Counted from the first letter of the stretch, positions 41,082-52,079 are shown. The stretch is 64,000 nucleotides of DNA from an uncultured Clostridia bacterium (GCA_946415375.1 CAMKSF010000005.1:621-64620); one strand, 5' to 3'. The notes: generated from the letters alone by a model not told the origin. A program made the numbers and translations.

Positions 41082-42200
41082 TTATTCATTTTTTAATCTT
41101 ATTGGTAAAATCATATATACATAATCGTTGTTATCTACTGATTTTACTAAACATGGAGAAATATTACTTCCAAATTCTATAAATATTTCTTCTTCATCAA
41201 TTGCTTTTAAACAATCTAAGAAATATTTTGGATTAAATCCTGCTTCTAAATATTTTCCTTCTGTAGAAATAAATACTTCTTCTTTTGCATCACCTGTCTG
41301 ATTTGTACAAGATATAATCATTTTTCCAATGTCAACTGTAACTTTTACTGGATACTTTTTCTCTTTTTCTATACTTGATGAAGATATTAAACTTATTCTT
41401 TCAAAGCTATTTTGTAAATCATTTCTATTAACTCTTACTCTTGTTTGCCAATTGCTTGGTATAACTGAATTATAGTTTAAGAATTCTCCATCTAGTATTC
41501 TAGTAACTATTTTACAATTCTCCATTTCAAAAAGTGCTTGATTTTTTGCAACTCCTATTTTTACATTTTCAAAAGAATCTGATAAAATTTTTATAACCTC
41601 GTTTAACGTCTTTGCTGGAATTACAGCTTTAAAATCATTCACTGCAACTGGTAAATTTATTTTTCTTAAAGCTAATCTAAATCCATCAATTGCAACTATA
41701 TTTAATTTATTATCTTTTATTTCAAATAAACATCCTGAAAAAATTGGTCTATTTTCATCTGAACTTACTGCAAATATTGTTTTTCTAATCATATTTTTTA
41801 GAGCTCCTTGCTCTAAATCAATAGAATTTTCTACTTCTATTTTTGGTAATTCTGGAAATTCATCTGGATTTTTTGTTGCTAATTTATATAATGCTCCTTC
41901 ACATTCTATTATTAATAAATTATTTTCATTTACACTTATATTGATTTCTGAATCTGGTAACTTTCTTATAATTTCTGAAAACATAGTTGCATTAACTACT
42001 GTACTTCCATGTTCTATAATATCACACTTCATTGTGTATTCTATTCCTATTTCTAAATCATATGTAGTTAATTTAATTTCTCCTTCATTTGTTTGAATAA
42101 GTATTCCTTCTAGTATTGGCATTGTTGTTTTAGATGCAACACCTTTAACTACGGAATTTAAAGCTTTAATAATTGTATCTTTGTAACAAACAAATTTCAT
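41082..42200 (-). CDS. dnaN: DNA polymerase III beta sliding clamp
   Basis: 372 aa starting at MKFVCYKDTIIKAL with an AAAGGA ribosome-binding site. The longer six-frame ORF reads back through the oriC DUE. Three-domain clamp architecture. Confidence 0.9.
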   Translation of the reverse strand: MKFVCYKDTIIKALNSVVKGVASKTTMPILEGILIQTNEGEIKLTTYDLEIGIEYTMKCDIIEHGSTVVNATMFSEIIRKLPDSEINISVNENNLLIIECEGALYKLATKNPDEFPELPKIEVENSIDLEQGALKNMIRKTIFAVSSDENRPIFSGCLFEIKDNKLNIVAIDGFRLALRKINLPVAVNDFKAVIPAKTLNEVIKILSDSFENVKIGVAKNQALFEMENCKIVTRILDGEFLNYNSVIPSNWQTRVRVNRNDLQNSFERISLISSSSIEKEKKYPVKVTVDIGKMIISCTNQTGDAKEEVFISTEGKYLEAGFNPKYFLDCLKAIDEEEIFIEFGSNISPCLVKSVDNNDYVYMILPIRLKNE

Positions 42201-42240
42201 TTTAATCATCCTTTCATTTTTTTGCGTTACGCTTTTATTT

Positions 42241-42453
42241 ATATAAATAATAATAAAATATATATAGTAGTAGTAGTAGTATGTCGTGTGAATTATGTGG
42301 AAAACTATGTTGATAACCTGAGCCGTAATGTTTTTGGTTGTGTAAAAATCTGTGGAAAAGTGTATATGGTTTTCCACACTTTTCACATTTTGAAGTGGAA
42401 AGTTAGTTATAAACATGTTATAAACAGCTTTTCCACAAAGTATGTGTGGATAA
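42241..42453. promoter_or_regulatory. oriC part II: AT-rich unwinding region plus a cluster of at least five DnaA boxes between dnaA and dnaN
   Basis: AT-rich tract 42241-42290 containing (TAG)5. Boxes: tgtggaaaa at 42296 and 42351, ttttccaca at 42370 and 42429, and the perfect tgtggataa at 42445. Confidence 0.7.
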
Positions 42454-42555
42454 CCAATTAAGCCTTTCCGTAAGAAGAATTTGAAATGGATTTTTCAAAC
42501 GAAAATTTTTACAAACATTTTTTTTTATAATTTTTTATTTATTTTTATATTTCAA

Positions 42556-43923
42556 TTATTCGTTATTTAATATAATGTTTTTCACACTATCCACAATTAA
42601 TTTTGTGTTTGAATTCTCTTTTACTTCTTTATCTATTTTTTTGTATGCGTGCATTACTGTTGAGTGGTCTTTATTACCAAAGTCTATACCTATTTGTGGA
42701 AAAGTCATGTTAGCAACTTCTCTACATAGATACATTGCAATTTGTCTTGGTCTTGCAATATCATTTGATCTTTTTGTTCCAGGTAATTCTTTTTTGTCAA
42801 CATTGAAATATTTAGCAACTACATCTTGTATAAAATCTGATGAAATTACCTTTTCTTTTTTTGATATAAACTCATTGATTACATTTTCAGCTAGTTCAAT
42901 AGTAATTGGTATATGTGTAAGAGATGCCCTTGCAACTATTTTATTAAATACGCCTTCAAGTTCCCTAATATTTGAATCAATTTTTGCTGCTATATCTGCT
43001 ATAATTTCATTATCTATAATAATTCCTTCATCTTGAGCTTTTTTTCTTAGTATTGCTACTCTTGTTTCATAATCAGGGTTAGAAATATCAGCAAGTAATC
43101 CCCATTCGAATCTTGATTTTAGTCTTTCTTCTAAAAATTGAATATCTTTTGGTTGTTTATCACTTGAGATTATAATTTGTTTTCCGTTTTCATATAAAGT
43201 ATTAAATGTATGGAAAAATTCTTCTTGAACTCTTTCTTTTTTTGCAATAAATTGAATGTCATCTATTATTAAAACATCTGCATTTCTGTATTTATTTCTA
43301 AAAGGATCATTTTTTAAATCTTTTATAGAAATGATTAATTGGTTAGTAAATTTTTCAGATGTAACATATACTACATTCATATTTCTATTGTTTTTTAATA
43401 TCCTATTTCCTATGGCTTGCATTAAGTGAGTTTTTCCTAAACCAACTCCTCCATATATAAATAAAGGATTATATGTCTTTGCAGGGTTATCTGCTACTGC
43501 TAGTGCTGCTGCATGTGCTAAGTTGTTATTATTTCCTACAACAAAAGTGTCAAAGGTATATTTAGGATTTAAAGAGTATTTTGAATAATCGACCTCTTCA
43601 TCTTTATCAGTTTCTATGTTTTTACTTGATATAACTTCTGGATTTTTAGGAGTATTCTGAGAAGGTGTTTGTAAAGCATGAATAGAAAATTCCATATCTC
43701 TATTAGTTACATACTTTAAGGCGCTTAATATTAAACGGGAATATCTAGATTCAGTATTTTCTTTTTCATAAGTGTATTCACATTGAAAGGTTAAATGATT
43801 TCCTTCTAGGGATTCAAATTTTAAATAAGATATAAATGCATCATAAATTATAGGGGAAATTTCTTTTTGTAAAGCTTCATGCATTTTATTAACTATTTCT
43901 TGACCATTCATCTGCTGATCCAT
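42556..43923 (-). CDS. dnaA: chromosomal replication initiator protein DnaA
   Basis: AAA+ Walker A in PLFIYGGVGLGKTHL. C-terminal DNA-binding signature QIGIDFGNKDHSTVMHAYKKI. Confidence 0.95.
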   Translation of the reverse strand: MDQQMNGQEIVNKMHEALQKEISPIIYDAFISYLKFESLEGNHLTFQCEYTYEKENTESRYSRLILSALKYVTNRDMEFSIHALQTPSQNTPKNPEVISSKNIETDKDEEVDYSKYSLNPKYTFDTFVVGNNNNLAHAAALAVADNPAKTYNPLFIYGGVGLGKTHLMQAIGNRILKNNRNMNVVYVTSEKFTNQLIISIKDLKNDPFRNKYRNADVLIIDDIQFIAKKERVQEEFFHTFNTLYENGKQIIISSDKQPKDIQFLEERLKSRFEWGLLADISNPDYETRVAILRKKAQDEGIIIDNEIIADIAAKIDSNIRELEGVFNKIVARASLTHIPITIELAENVINEFISKKEKVISSDFIQDVVAKYFNVDKKELPGTKRSNDIARPRQIAMYLCREVANMTFPQIGIDFGNKDHSTVMHAYKKIDKEVKENSNTKLIVDSVKNIILNNE

Positions 43924-44019
43924 CTGTTACCTCCAATCCTTGCAAAAATCAAAATTTTTTATATAGTCAAAATGTAACTGATTATGTAACATTTTGGGTA
44001 ATATCAATAATAAAAAAAG

Positions 44020-44199
44020 TTATCCACAAAGTTATCCACATATGTTGATAACTTTATGACGAAAATTTAAAAACATACAGATAATCGAAACAAAGTTCGC
44101 ACGCTACGATTATCGGAATTAATACATTTTCGAAACTTTACATGAATTATTTTTTTTGAATAAAATAAGTGGAAAATCTATCAACAATTTGTGGATAAG
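44020..44199. promoter_or_regulatory. oriC part I: DnaA-box cluster upstream of dnaA (autoregulation region)
   Basis: Tandem perfect ttatccaca at 44020-44028 and 44032-44040, and inverted tgtggataa at 44191-44199. Confidence 0.65.
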
Positions 44200-44376
44200 T
44201 TGTTGATAACAACATTAAAATTTACAAAATTTTCAAATTTTCATTAAAAAAAATAATTGTTAAAAAAGTTATACAACATTTTTTGAGAAAATGCAACATT
44301 AAATTAAAAAATTCTATAAAAAATACCCAAAAACTGTATTTCCTTAGGAAAAAATTTAAAAATAATTGAAAAAGCA

Positions 44377-44405
44377 TTGACTTTTTATTAAAAAGAATAT
44401 ATAAT
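44377..44405 (+). promoter_or_regulatory. sigma-70 promoter (TTGACT, 17-nt spacer, TATAAT) for rpmH-rnpA
   Basis: Hexamers and spacing read directly. The rpmH ATG lies 43 nt downstream. Confidence 0.5.
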
Positions 44406-44447
44406 AGATACACTTGCGTAAAAATATATTTAGGAGGTGTTTTAGGT

Positions 44448-44582
44448 ATGAAAATGACATATCAACCTAAAAATAGACAAACAAAAAAAGAACATGGTTT
44501 TTTGAAAAGAATGTCAACAAAGTCTGGAAGAAATGTTTTAAAAGCTAGACGTGCAAAAGGTAGAAAGAAAATCTGTGTATAA
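44448..44582 (+). CDS. rpmH: 50S ribosomal protein L34
   Basis: 44-aa [47 protein letters not shown] with an AGGAGGTG ribosome-binding site. It falls below the six-frame track's length cutoff. Confidence 0.85.
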   Translation: MKMTYQPKNRQTKKEHGFLKRMSTKSGRNVLKARRAKGRKKICV

Positions 44583-44611
44583 ACACATAGAAATTTAAAG
44601 GATTTTGTTAA

Positions 44612-44962
44612 ATGAAAAAAACAAAAATGTTAAAAAAAAACTATGAGTTTAGTAATGTTTTTTCAAAAGGATCTTACTATTCTGGTGATGTAATAGAAGC
44701 TTTTATATTTAATAACAGAAGTAATAATAACTTTCTTGGTTTAGCAATTAGTTCTAAAGCAGGTCATGCATTTCAAAGAAATAGAATTAAAAGACTGCTT
44801 AGAGAAAGCTATTGGTTATATGAAAATCAAATTATTTCTGGAATTAGTATAGTTTTTCTATTAAAAAAACAAGTAGATATTTCAAGTGTTAAGTTTGATA
44901 TTGTAAAAAAAGATATGAAAAGAATACTTGAAAAAGGTAAGATTCTTAAAGAAAATATTTAA
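44612..44962 (+). CDS. rnpA: ribonuclease P protein component
   Basis: Basic 116-aa protein with FQRNRIKRLLRESY (the RNR motif), in the conserved position after rpmH. Confidence 0.85.
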   Translation: MKKTKMLKKNYEFSNVFSKGSYYSGDVIEAFIFNNRSNNNFLGLAISSKAGHAFQRNRIKRLLRESYWLYENQIISGISIVFLLKKQVDISSVKFDIVKKDMKRILEKGKILKENI

Positions 44963-44991
44963 ATTAATATTATAGTTATAAAGTGATTAAA

Positions 44992-45210
44992 ATGAAAAAA
45001 TTATTAATTAAATTAATTGAATGGTATCAAAGAAATATATCTGCATGGCTTGATTACAAAAATATAAAGTGTAAATATTACCCAACTTGTTCAGAATATA
45101 CAAAACAAGCAATTGAAAAATATGGCGTTTTTAAAGGAATAGGATTGGGTATAGCTAGAATTATAAGATGTAATCCTTTTTCAAAAGGTGGATATGACCC
45201 ATTAAAATAA
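44992..45210 (+). CDS. yidD: membrane protein insertion efficiency factor YidD
   Basis: [17 protein letters not shown]...[15 protein letters not shown] motif, in the conserved position before yidC. Confidence 0.8.
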   Translation: MKKLLIKLIEWYQRNISAWLDYKNIKCKYYPTCSEYTKQAIEKYGVFKGIGLGIARIIRCNPFSKGGYDPLK

Positions 45211-45226
45211 ATTTGGAGGGTAAAGA

Positions 45227-46153
45227 ATGTTAGCTTTTTTTGCAAATTTATTTGGATATGTTTTAAAACTATTATATGATATTGTTGGGAATTATGGATG
45301 GGCAATTATTCTATTTTCTGTAATTGTAAAAGTGATAATGATTCCTATATCTATTAAACAACAGAGAACAATGAAAAAAAATGAAAAAATCCAAGCTGAA
45401 TTAAAACAAATCCAATTCAAATACAAAAATGAACCAGAAAAGCTTAATCAAGAAATGATGGCTTTATATAAAAGGGAAGGTATGAATCCTTTTTCTGGAT
45501 GTTTAAGTTCAATAATTCAAATTTTACTTCTTTTTTCTGTGTTCTTACTTGTCAGACAACCTCTAACATACATGGTAAAAATGGATAAAGATGTTATCAG
45601 TAATATGGAGAAAATTGTAAATGAACAAAATTCTAATACTAAAGGTGCTTATGAAGAAATTGCGGTAATTCAATATATTAAAGGGTTAGATTTTGAAAAA
45701 AATGAAATTAAAGAAGATGAAAATAAGGATAAAGAATTTAACATAAAAGAATATGCAAAACAAGCCAATCTAAATATGGAATTTTTCGGAATTGATTTAA
45801 CACAAGTTCCATCAAAAAATCCAACAGATATAAAAACACTTATTATACCGGTACTTTATGTAATTTCTTCTTTTATATCAATAAGGTTTTCTATGTCTAC
45901 AACAAAGAAGAAAGAAAAAGAAGAAAAGAAGCTTATCACAGATGGAACAGACAAAGAAGATGAAAAATATAATCCGACAGAAGATATGAATAAAACTATG
46001 GTTTGGATGATGCCAATAATGTCTGTTACAATAGCAATAATTGCACCATTAGGTTTAGCTTTATATTGGTTAATGAACAATATATTAATGATAGTTGAAA
46101 GATTAGTAATAAATAAAATATTGAATAAAGAGGAGGCAGAGGAAAATGCCTAA
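45227..46153 (+). CDS. yidC: YidC/SpoIIIJ/OxaA membrane protein insertase
   Basis: 308 aa with five transmembrane segments and a basic C-terminal tail, in the conserved position. Confidence 0.85.
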   Translation: MLAFFANLFGYVLKLLYDIVGNYGWAIILFSVIVKVIMIPISIKQQRTMKKNEKIQAELKQIQFKYKNEPEKLNQEMMALYKREGMNPFSGCLSSIIQILLLFSVFLLVRQPLTYMVKMDKDVISNMEKIVNEQNSNTKGAYEEIAVIQYIKGLDFEKNEIKEDENKDKEFNIKEYAKQANLNMEFFGIDLTQVPSKNPTDIKTLIIPVLYVISSFISIRFSMSTTKKKEKEEKKLITDGTDKEDEKYNPTEDMNKTMVWMMPIMSVTIAIIAPLGLALYWLMNNILMIVERLVINKILNKEEAEENA

Positions 46154-46850
46154 TAGTATAATTGCAGAAGGAAAAACAACAAATGAGGCTATAGAAAATG
46201 GATTAAAGGTGTTAAAGGTTAATAAAAATCAAGTTGATATTAAAGTACTTGATAGTGATGATAAAAGAAGCTTTTTTAGTATTTTAGCACCAAGAGTTGT
46301 TAAAGTAGAATTAACAGTAAAAGAAGATGGGGTTAAAGAAAATAATAGTCATGAAAAAGATAATAAGCCTAAGGAAATAAGAACATATACAGCTGATGAA
46401 TTAAATAAAGCTGAGTCTAATGTAGATGTATTCCTTAAAGAATTTTTAAACAAAATAGGAAATGATATAAATTATTCTATCAAAAAAGATGAAACAGCGA
46501 TTTTTGTTACAATAAATGGACATGAAGCTGGATATTTAATTGGATATAGAGGAGAAACTTTATATTCTTTACAAAACATATTAATAGCTGTTGCAAGTAA
46601 AGGGTTAGAGTCTAGAGTTAGAGTTATATTAGATATTGAAGAATACAAGAGTAAAAGAGAAAAAACATTAGAAGATTTAGCTGAAAGAATGGAAAAAAGA
46701 GTAATTAGAACTGGAAAGTCTGTAACATTAGAGCCTATGAAAGCATATGAAAGAAAAATAATACATTCAAAATTACAAAGTTCTAATAAAGTAACAACAC
46801 ATAGTATTGGTGAAGAGCCAAGAAGAAGATTAGTAATTAGTTTAAAATAG
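46146..46850 (+). CDS. khpB: Jag/KhpB RNA-binding protein (KH and R3H domains)
   Basis: C-terminal R3H motif IIHSKLQ...THSIGEEPRRRLVI. It sits between yidC and mnmE. Confidence 0.8.
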   Translation: MPNSIIAEGKTTNEAIENGLKVLKVNKNQVDIKVLDSDDKRSFFSILAPRVVKVELTVKEDGVKENNSHEKDNKPKEIRTYTADELNKAESNVDVFLKEFLNKIGNDINYSIKKDETAIFVTINGHEAGYLIGYRGETLYSLQNILIAVASKGLESRVRVILDIEEYKSKREKTLEDLAERMEKRVIRTGKSVTLEPMKAYERKIIHSKLQSSNKVTTHSIGEEPRRRLVISLK

Positions 46851-46945
46851 ATAATTAATTAAATAATAATAAATCTGAAGTCAAAGTGAAGATTTAGTCT
46901 GTATATATAAGATTATTCTCGCTTTGACTTTTTTTGGAGGTAAAA

Positions 46946-48316
46946 ATGAGTACAATAGTTTCTATTTCTACGGCACCAGGGATTGGTGGAATAGGAATAA
47001 TAAGGATGAGTGGAGAAAATACATTTAAAATTCTAGATAAAATATTTAAACAAAAAAGTCCAAAAAACATTAATCAAATACCAGGATATACAATAAAATA
47101 TGGACACATTATTGATGATGAGAAAATTATTGATGAAGTATTGGTTTCATATTTTAAAGCACCAAAAAGCTATACAACAGAGGATATGTGTGAAATTAAT
47201 TCGCATGGTGGAACAGTAGTTATGCGTAAAATAATGGATTTATGCTTAAAAAATGGTGCAGAGATTGCAGAACCAGGTGAATTTACAAAAAGAGCATTTT
47301 TAGGTGGGAGAATAGATTTATCTCAAGCAGAATCTATAATTGATATTATAAATGCTAAATCAGATAGAGAAGCAAAAGAGGGAATAAAGCAATTAGAGGG
47401 ATTTTTATCTGAAAGAATAAATGAAATAAAAAACAAATTACTTGAAATAATGACAAATATTGAGGTTTCAATTGATTATCCAGAATATGATACACCTGAG
47501 GTTACAAATAACGAAATTTTAGAAACAATAAAAAGTTCTAAAGAGAAATTAGTAGAATTAAAGAAGTCATTTGATAATGGGAAAATGATAAAACAAGGGA
47601 TAAAAACAGTAATAATAGGTAAACCAAATGCAGGAAAATCGTCACTTTTAAATGCTATATTAAAAGAAGATAGAGCCATTGTTACAGAAATAGAAGGTAC
47701 TACAAGGGATACTATTGAAGAATTTGTAACAATAAATGGTATACCACTTAATTTAATTGATACAGCAGGTATAAGAGAAGCAAAAGATGAGGTTGAAATG
47801 ATTGGAATTGAAAAATCAAAAAAATTAGCAGAAGATGCAGATTTAATTATAGCGATTTTTGATTCAAGCAAAGATTTTTCAAAAGAAGATTTAGAAATTT
47901 TAGAAATAGCAAAAAATAAAAAGACAATTATTATTTTAAATAAAATAGATTTGGAACAAAAAATAACATCTGAGAATCCAAAATTAGAAATTTTTAATAA
48001 AAATATAATAAACATGTCGACAAAAAATAAAATTGGTTTAGAATCGCTTTTCGAAAAAATTACAGATATGTTTAATTTAGATGAAATAAATTTAGATAAT
48101 GATATAGTAATTACAAATGAAAGACATAAAAATTTAATTTCAAAGGCAATAGATAATTTAGATAAAGCAGAAAGTATTCTTAAAAATGGTATGCCAATTG
48201 ATATTATAGCAATAAGTTTAAAAGATACGTTATCTAATTTAGGAGCTATTACAGGAGAAGAAGCAGGCGAAGAAATAATAAATGAAATATTTAAAAGGTT
48301 CTGTTTAGGAAAATAA
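46946..48316 (+). CDS. mnmE: tRNA modification GTPase MnmE
   Basis: G-domain motifs GKPNAGKSSL, DTAG and NKID. C-terminal CLGK tetrapeptide. ATG 46946 follows a GGAGG ribosome-binding site. Confidence 0.9.
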   Translation: MSTIVSISTAPGIGGIGIIRMSGENTFKILDKIFKQKSPKNINQIPGYTIKYGHIIDDEKIIDEVLVSYFKAPKSYTTEDMCEINSHGGTVVMRKIMDLCLKNGAEIAEPGEFTKRAFLGGRIDLSQAESIIDIINAKSDREAKEGIKQLEGFLSERINEIKNKLLEIMTNIEVSIDYPEYDTPEVTNNEILETIKSSKEKLVELKKSFDNGKMIKQGIKTVIIGKPNAGKSSLLNAILKEDRAIVTEIEGTTRDTIEEFVTINGIPLNLIDTAGIREAKDEVEMIGIEKSKKLAEDADLIIAIFDSSKDFSKEDLEILEIAKNKKTIIILNKIDLEQKITSENPKLEIFNKNIINMSTKNKIGLESLFEKITDMFNLDEINLDNDIVITNERHKNLISKAIDNLDKAESILKNGMPIDIIAISLKDTLSNLGAITGEEAGEEIINEIFKRFCLGK

Positions 48317-48352
48317 ATGGTAAACAGATTATGTTAAAAAGGAGATAAAAAA

Positions 48353-50221
48353 ATGAGTTATTTTGCAGGAGAATATGATGTAGCAGTAATTGGAGCTGGA
48401 CATGCTGGATGTGAAGCTGCACTAGCAAGTGCAAGACTTGGAATGAAAACACTTTTATTTTCAATTAGCTTAGAAGCTGTTGCAAATATGCCATGTAATC
48501 CACATATTGGAGGAAGTTCAAAAGGTCATTTAGTAAGAGAAATAGACTGCCTTGGTGGAGAGATGGGAAAAAATATAGATAAAACTATGATACAAATAAA
48601 GATGCTTAATACTTCAAAAGGGCCTGCTGTGCACTCTTTAAGAGCACAGGCAGACAGAAAAAGATATCAAATGGAGATGAAGCATACAATAGAAAAACAA
48701 GAAAACTTAGAATTAAAACAAGCAGAAATTACAAAAATAAATGTTAAAGACGGATGCATTGAATCAATAGAAACATCAGTAGGAGCGATATATAAAGTAA
48801 AATCTGTAATTGTATCTACTGGTACATATTTAAAAGGAAAAATATTTATAGGGGAGTTTTCACAAGAAAGTGGACCTGATGGTGTTTTTGCTGCGAATAA
48901 ATTATCTGAATGTTTAAAAGAACTAGGTGTTAAAATTGTAAGGTTTAAGACAGGAACACCAGCAAGAATTAATAGGAAAAGTATTGATTTTTCAAAAATG
49001 GAAGTGCAAAAAGGCGATGATAATATTGTTCCATTTTCTTTAGATGATGAAGTAAAAGAATTTGAACAACAAGATTGCTATTTAACTTATACTAATGAAG
49101 AAACACATAGAATTATAAAAGAAAATTTACATCGTTCGCCTTTATATGCTGGAGTTATAGAAGGAACAGGACCTAGATATTGTCCATCTATTGAAGATAA
49201 AGTTGTAAGATTTGCTGATAAAAAAAGACATCAAATTTTTATTGAACCAATAGGACTTGATACTGATGAAATGTATGCACAAGGAATGAGTTCATCACTT
49301 CCAGAAGATGTTCAAATTGCTATGTATAGAACGATTCCAGGACTTGAACATGCAGAATTTACAAGACCAGCGTATGCCATTGAATATGACTGTATAGATC
49401 CATCGGAATTAAAACTTTCTTTAGAATACAAAAAGATAAGTGGACTATTTTTTGCAGGACAAACAAATGGAAGCTCAGGTTACGAGGAAGCTGCTTGTCA
49501 AGGTCTAATTGCAGGTATAAATAGTGCTTTAAAAATAAAAGGAAGAGAGCCACTTGTTTTAGATAGAACACAAGGATATATTGGTGTTTTAATTGATGAC
49601 TTAGTTACAAAAGGAACTAATGAACCATATAGAATGATGACATCTAGAGCAGAATACAGGCTTCTTTTAAGACAGGACAATGCAGACTTAAGATTAACAG
49701 AAATAGGACATGATGTAGGACTTATATCAGATGAAAGATATGAAAGATTTTTAGTAAAAAAAGCAAATATAGAAAAGGAAATTAAAAGACTAAAAAATAC
49801 TGTTGTAAGACCAACGGAAAAAGTTAATAAATTTTTAGAAGAACATGGAACAACTCCATTAAATAATGGATATAAAATGGCTGAGCTTCTAAAAAGAACA
49901 GAACTCACATATGACATTCTAAAAGAAATTGATGAAAATAGGCCTGAGCTTTCTATTGCTGAAAAAGAAGAAGTTGAAATTCAAATAAAATATGAAGGCT
50001 ATATAAAAATGGAAGAAGAACAGGTTGAAAAGTTTAAAAAATTAGAAAATAAAAAGCTTTCAGAAGATATTGACTATTCAGAGATAAAAGGCCTAAGAAT
50101 AGAAGCTATGCAAAAACTTAATAAAATAAAGCCTACATCAATAGGACAAGCTTCAAGAATTTCAGGTGTTAGTCCAGCAGATATAAATGTATTATTAATA
50201 TATTTACAAATTAAACGATAA
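48353..50221 (+). CDS. mnmG: tRNA uridine 5-carboxymethylaminomethyl modification enzyme MnmG
   Basis: FAD-binding motif [16 protein letters not shown]. Length 622 aa. Follows mnmE as in the conserved arrangement. Confidence 0.95.
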   Translation: MSYFAGEYDVAVIGAGHAGCEAALASARLGMKTLLFSISLEAVANMPCNPHIGGSSKGHLVREIDCLGGEMGKNIDKTMIQIKMLNTSKGPAVHSLRAQADRKRYQMEMKHTIEKQENLELKQAEITKINVKDGCIESIETSVGAIYKVKSVIVSTGTYLKGKIFIGEFSQESGPDGVFAANKLSECLKELGVKIVRFKTGTPARINRKSIDFSKMEVQKGDDNIVPFSLDDEVKEFEQQDCYLTYTNEETHRIIKENLHRSPLYAGVIEGTGPRYCPSIEDKVVRFADKKRHQIFIEPIGLDTDEMYAQGMSSSLPEDVQIAMYRTIPGLEHAEFTRPAYAIEYDCIDPSELKLSLEYKKISGLFFAGQTNGSSGYEEAACQGLIAGINSALKIKGREPLVLDRTQGYIGVLIDDLVTKGTNEPYRMMTSRAEYRLLLRQDNADLRLTEIGHDVGLISDERYERFLVKKANIEKEIKRLKNTVVRPTEKVNKFLEEHGTTPLNNGYKMAELLKRTELTYDILKEIDENRPELSIAEKEEVEIQIKYEGYIKMEEEQVEKFKKLENKKLSEDIDYSEIKGLRIEAMQKLNKIKPTSIGQASRISGVSPADINVLLIYLQIKR

Positions 50222-50274
50222 GAATATTATACACATATAGATGATAATATGTGAATAATGGAAGGAAGAAAAAG

Positions 50275-51000
50275 ATGAATAATGATTTTTATAATAAAAT
50301 GATTGAACTATCTAAAAAAATAGATATTAATTTAACTGAAACACAAACAAAAAAGTTTTTTGAATATATGCAACTTCTTTTAGAATGGAATGAAAAAATA
50401 AATTTAACAGCTATTACAGAAGTGGATGATATTATTTTAAAACATTTCATTGATTCATTAACAATTATAAAATATATTAAGGGAAATGATAAAATAATAG
50501 ATGTAGGAACAGGTGCTGGTTTTCCAGGAATTCCAATTGGAATAATGAATAGTAATATAGACATTACTTTATTAGATTCTTTAAATAAAAGAATTAATTT
50601 TTTAAATGAAGTTTGCAATAAATTAGAATTAAAAAATATAAAAACTATTCATGGAAGAGCAGAAGACTTTGGACAAAACAAAGATACTAGAGAAAAATTT
50701 GATATTGTAATTTCACGTGCTGTTGCCAATATGACTACTCTTGTAGAATATCTTTTGCCTTTCATAAAAGTTGGAGGATGTGCTATATGTATGAAAGGGC
50801 CAGGAATTGAAGAAGAGTTAAGTAAGGCTGAATTTGCAATTAAGGAACTTGGAGGCAAGGTGAAAAAAGTTGAAAATTTTGTTTTACCGAATTCTGATAT
50901 AGAAAGAAATATAGTTATAATAAAAAAAATTAGTGATACTCCAAATAAATATCCAAGAAAAGCAGGAACTCCATCTCAGGCGCCAATGTTTCACAGATAA
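50275..51000 (+). CDS. rsmG: 16S rRNA (guanine527-N7)-methyltransferase RsmG
   Basis: S-adenosylmethionine-binding motif DVGTGAGFPGIP. It follows mnmG. ATG 50275 was chosen after a GGAAGGAAG ribosome-binding site. Confidence 0.9.
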   Translation: MNNDFYNKMIELSKKIDINLTETQTKKFFEYMQLLLEWNEKINLTAITEVDDIILKHFIDSLTIIKYIKGNDKIIDVGTGAGFPGIPIGIMNSNIDITLLDSLNKRINFLNEVCNKLELKNIKTIHGRAEDFGQNKDTREKFDIVISRAVANMTTLVEYLLPFIKVGGCAICMKGPGIEEELSKAEFAIKELGGKVKKVENFVLPNSDIERNIVIIKKISDTPNKYPRKAGTPSQAPMFHR

Positions 51001-51038
51001 AAAATCTTTAAAACACTTAGAACCAATAGTTAATTAGA

Positions 51039-51080
51039 GAATGTTTCACAGCAGTTAAGTGTGAAACATTCTTTTTGTTT
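51039..51080 (+). terminator. rsmG terminator built from a parS-half-site-like inverted repeat
   Basis: gaatgtttcac-agcagttaagt-gtgaaacattc followed by TTTTTGTTT. The arms equal the parS half-sites TGTTTCAC and GTGAAACA separated by 11 nt. Confidence 0.6.
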
Positions 51081-51291
51081 GAAAATAGAAGCTGATAACA
51101 AAAATATTATCAAATGGATTTTCGACAAAATTCGACAAATTTTTTTGTGTAATAATTTCACTTTGAGTGGGGGTTATTTTTTATAAAATATTTTATAAAA
51201 TTATTGACATATTTTTAATATTTGTATATTATAATATATGTAATTTTTAATAATAAAATGGACAAGTATAAGTAGAAACGGAGGGAACATT

Positions 51292-52065
51292 TTGGGAAAA
51301 ATAATATCAATTGCAAATCAAAAAGGTGGAGTTGGAAAGACAACGACGACAGTTAATTTAAGTGCTATTTTAGCCAAAAAAGGTAAAAGAATTTTATTAA
51401 TAGATGCAGATCCTCAAGGAAATGCTACAAGTGGAATAGGAATGGAAAAAGATACTGAATTTTCTACATATGATTTATTAGTTTCTGATCAACCTACAGT
51501 TGACATAATAAAAAAGACGGAAATTAAAAATTTATATATATGCCCATCAAATTTGAATCTTGCAGGCGCAGAAGTTCAACTTGTTTCAATGATGTCAAGA
51601 GAACAGAGATTAAAAGAAAAGCTTACAGAAATAAAAGATAAATTTGATTTTATATTTATAGACTGTCCACCATCTTTGGGTCTAATCACGTTAAATGCTT
51701 TTACAGCATCTGATAGTGTAATGATACCAGTACAATGTGAGTATTATGCATTAGAAGGATTAGGACAACTTATAAACACGGTTGAGCTTGTAAAAAAACA
51801 TTTAAATAAAGATTTATATATAGAAGGTGCATTACTTACTATGTATGATATTAGAACAAATTTATCAAATCAAGTTGTAAAAGAAGTAAAAAGGTATTTT
51901 AACAATAGAGTATATAAAACAGTTATTCCAAGAAATGTCAGAGTAAGTGAGGCACCAAGCTATGGATTGCCAATTACAATATATGATCCACACTCAAAAG
52001 GAGCTAGGAGTTATGAAAAATTAGGAAGAGAATTTTTAAAATTAAATTCAGAAGAAGATAATTAG
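51292..52065 (+). CDS. soj: chromosome partitioning ATPase ParA/Soj
   Basis: Deviant Walker A KGGVGKTTT. TTG start after a GGAGGG ribosome-binding site. 257 aa. Confidence 0.9.
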   Translation: MGKIISIANQKGGVGKTTTTVNLSAILAKKGKRILLIDADPQGNATSGIGMEKDTEFSTYDLLVSDQPTVDIIKKTEIKNLYICPSNLNLAGAEVQLVSMMSREQRLKEKLTEIKDKFDFIFIDCPPSLGLITLNAFTASDSVMIPVQCEYYALEGLGQLINTVELVKKHLNKDLYIEGALLTMYDIRTNLSNQVVKEVKRYFNNRVYKTVIPRNVRVSEAPSYGLPITIYDPHSKGARSYEKLGREFLKLNSEEDN

Positions 52066-52079
52066 AAGGAGGAAAAGAT

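Noticed and set aside
42201-42416. 72-aa N-terminal extension of dnaN containing YYYYYY
   Set aside because: It is read-through of the AT-rich origin unwinding region and the (TAG)5 repeat. The true dnaN start, MKFVCYKD, has its own ribosome-binding site.
44222-44413. 63-aa minus-strand ORF in the dnaA upstream region
   Set aside because: It lies within the DnaA-box and promoter region, is low-complexity, and has no ribosome-binding site.
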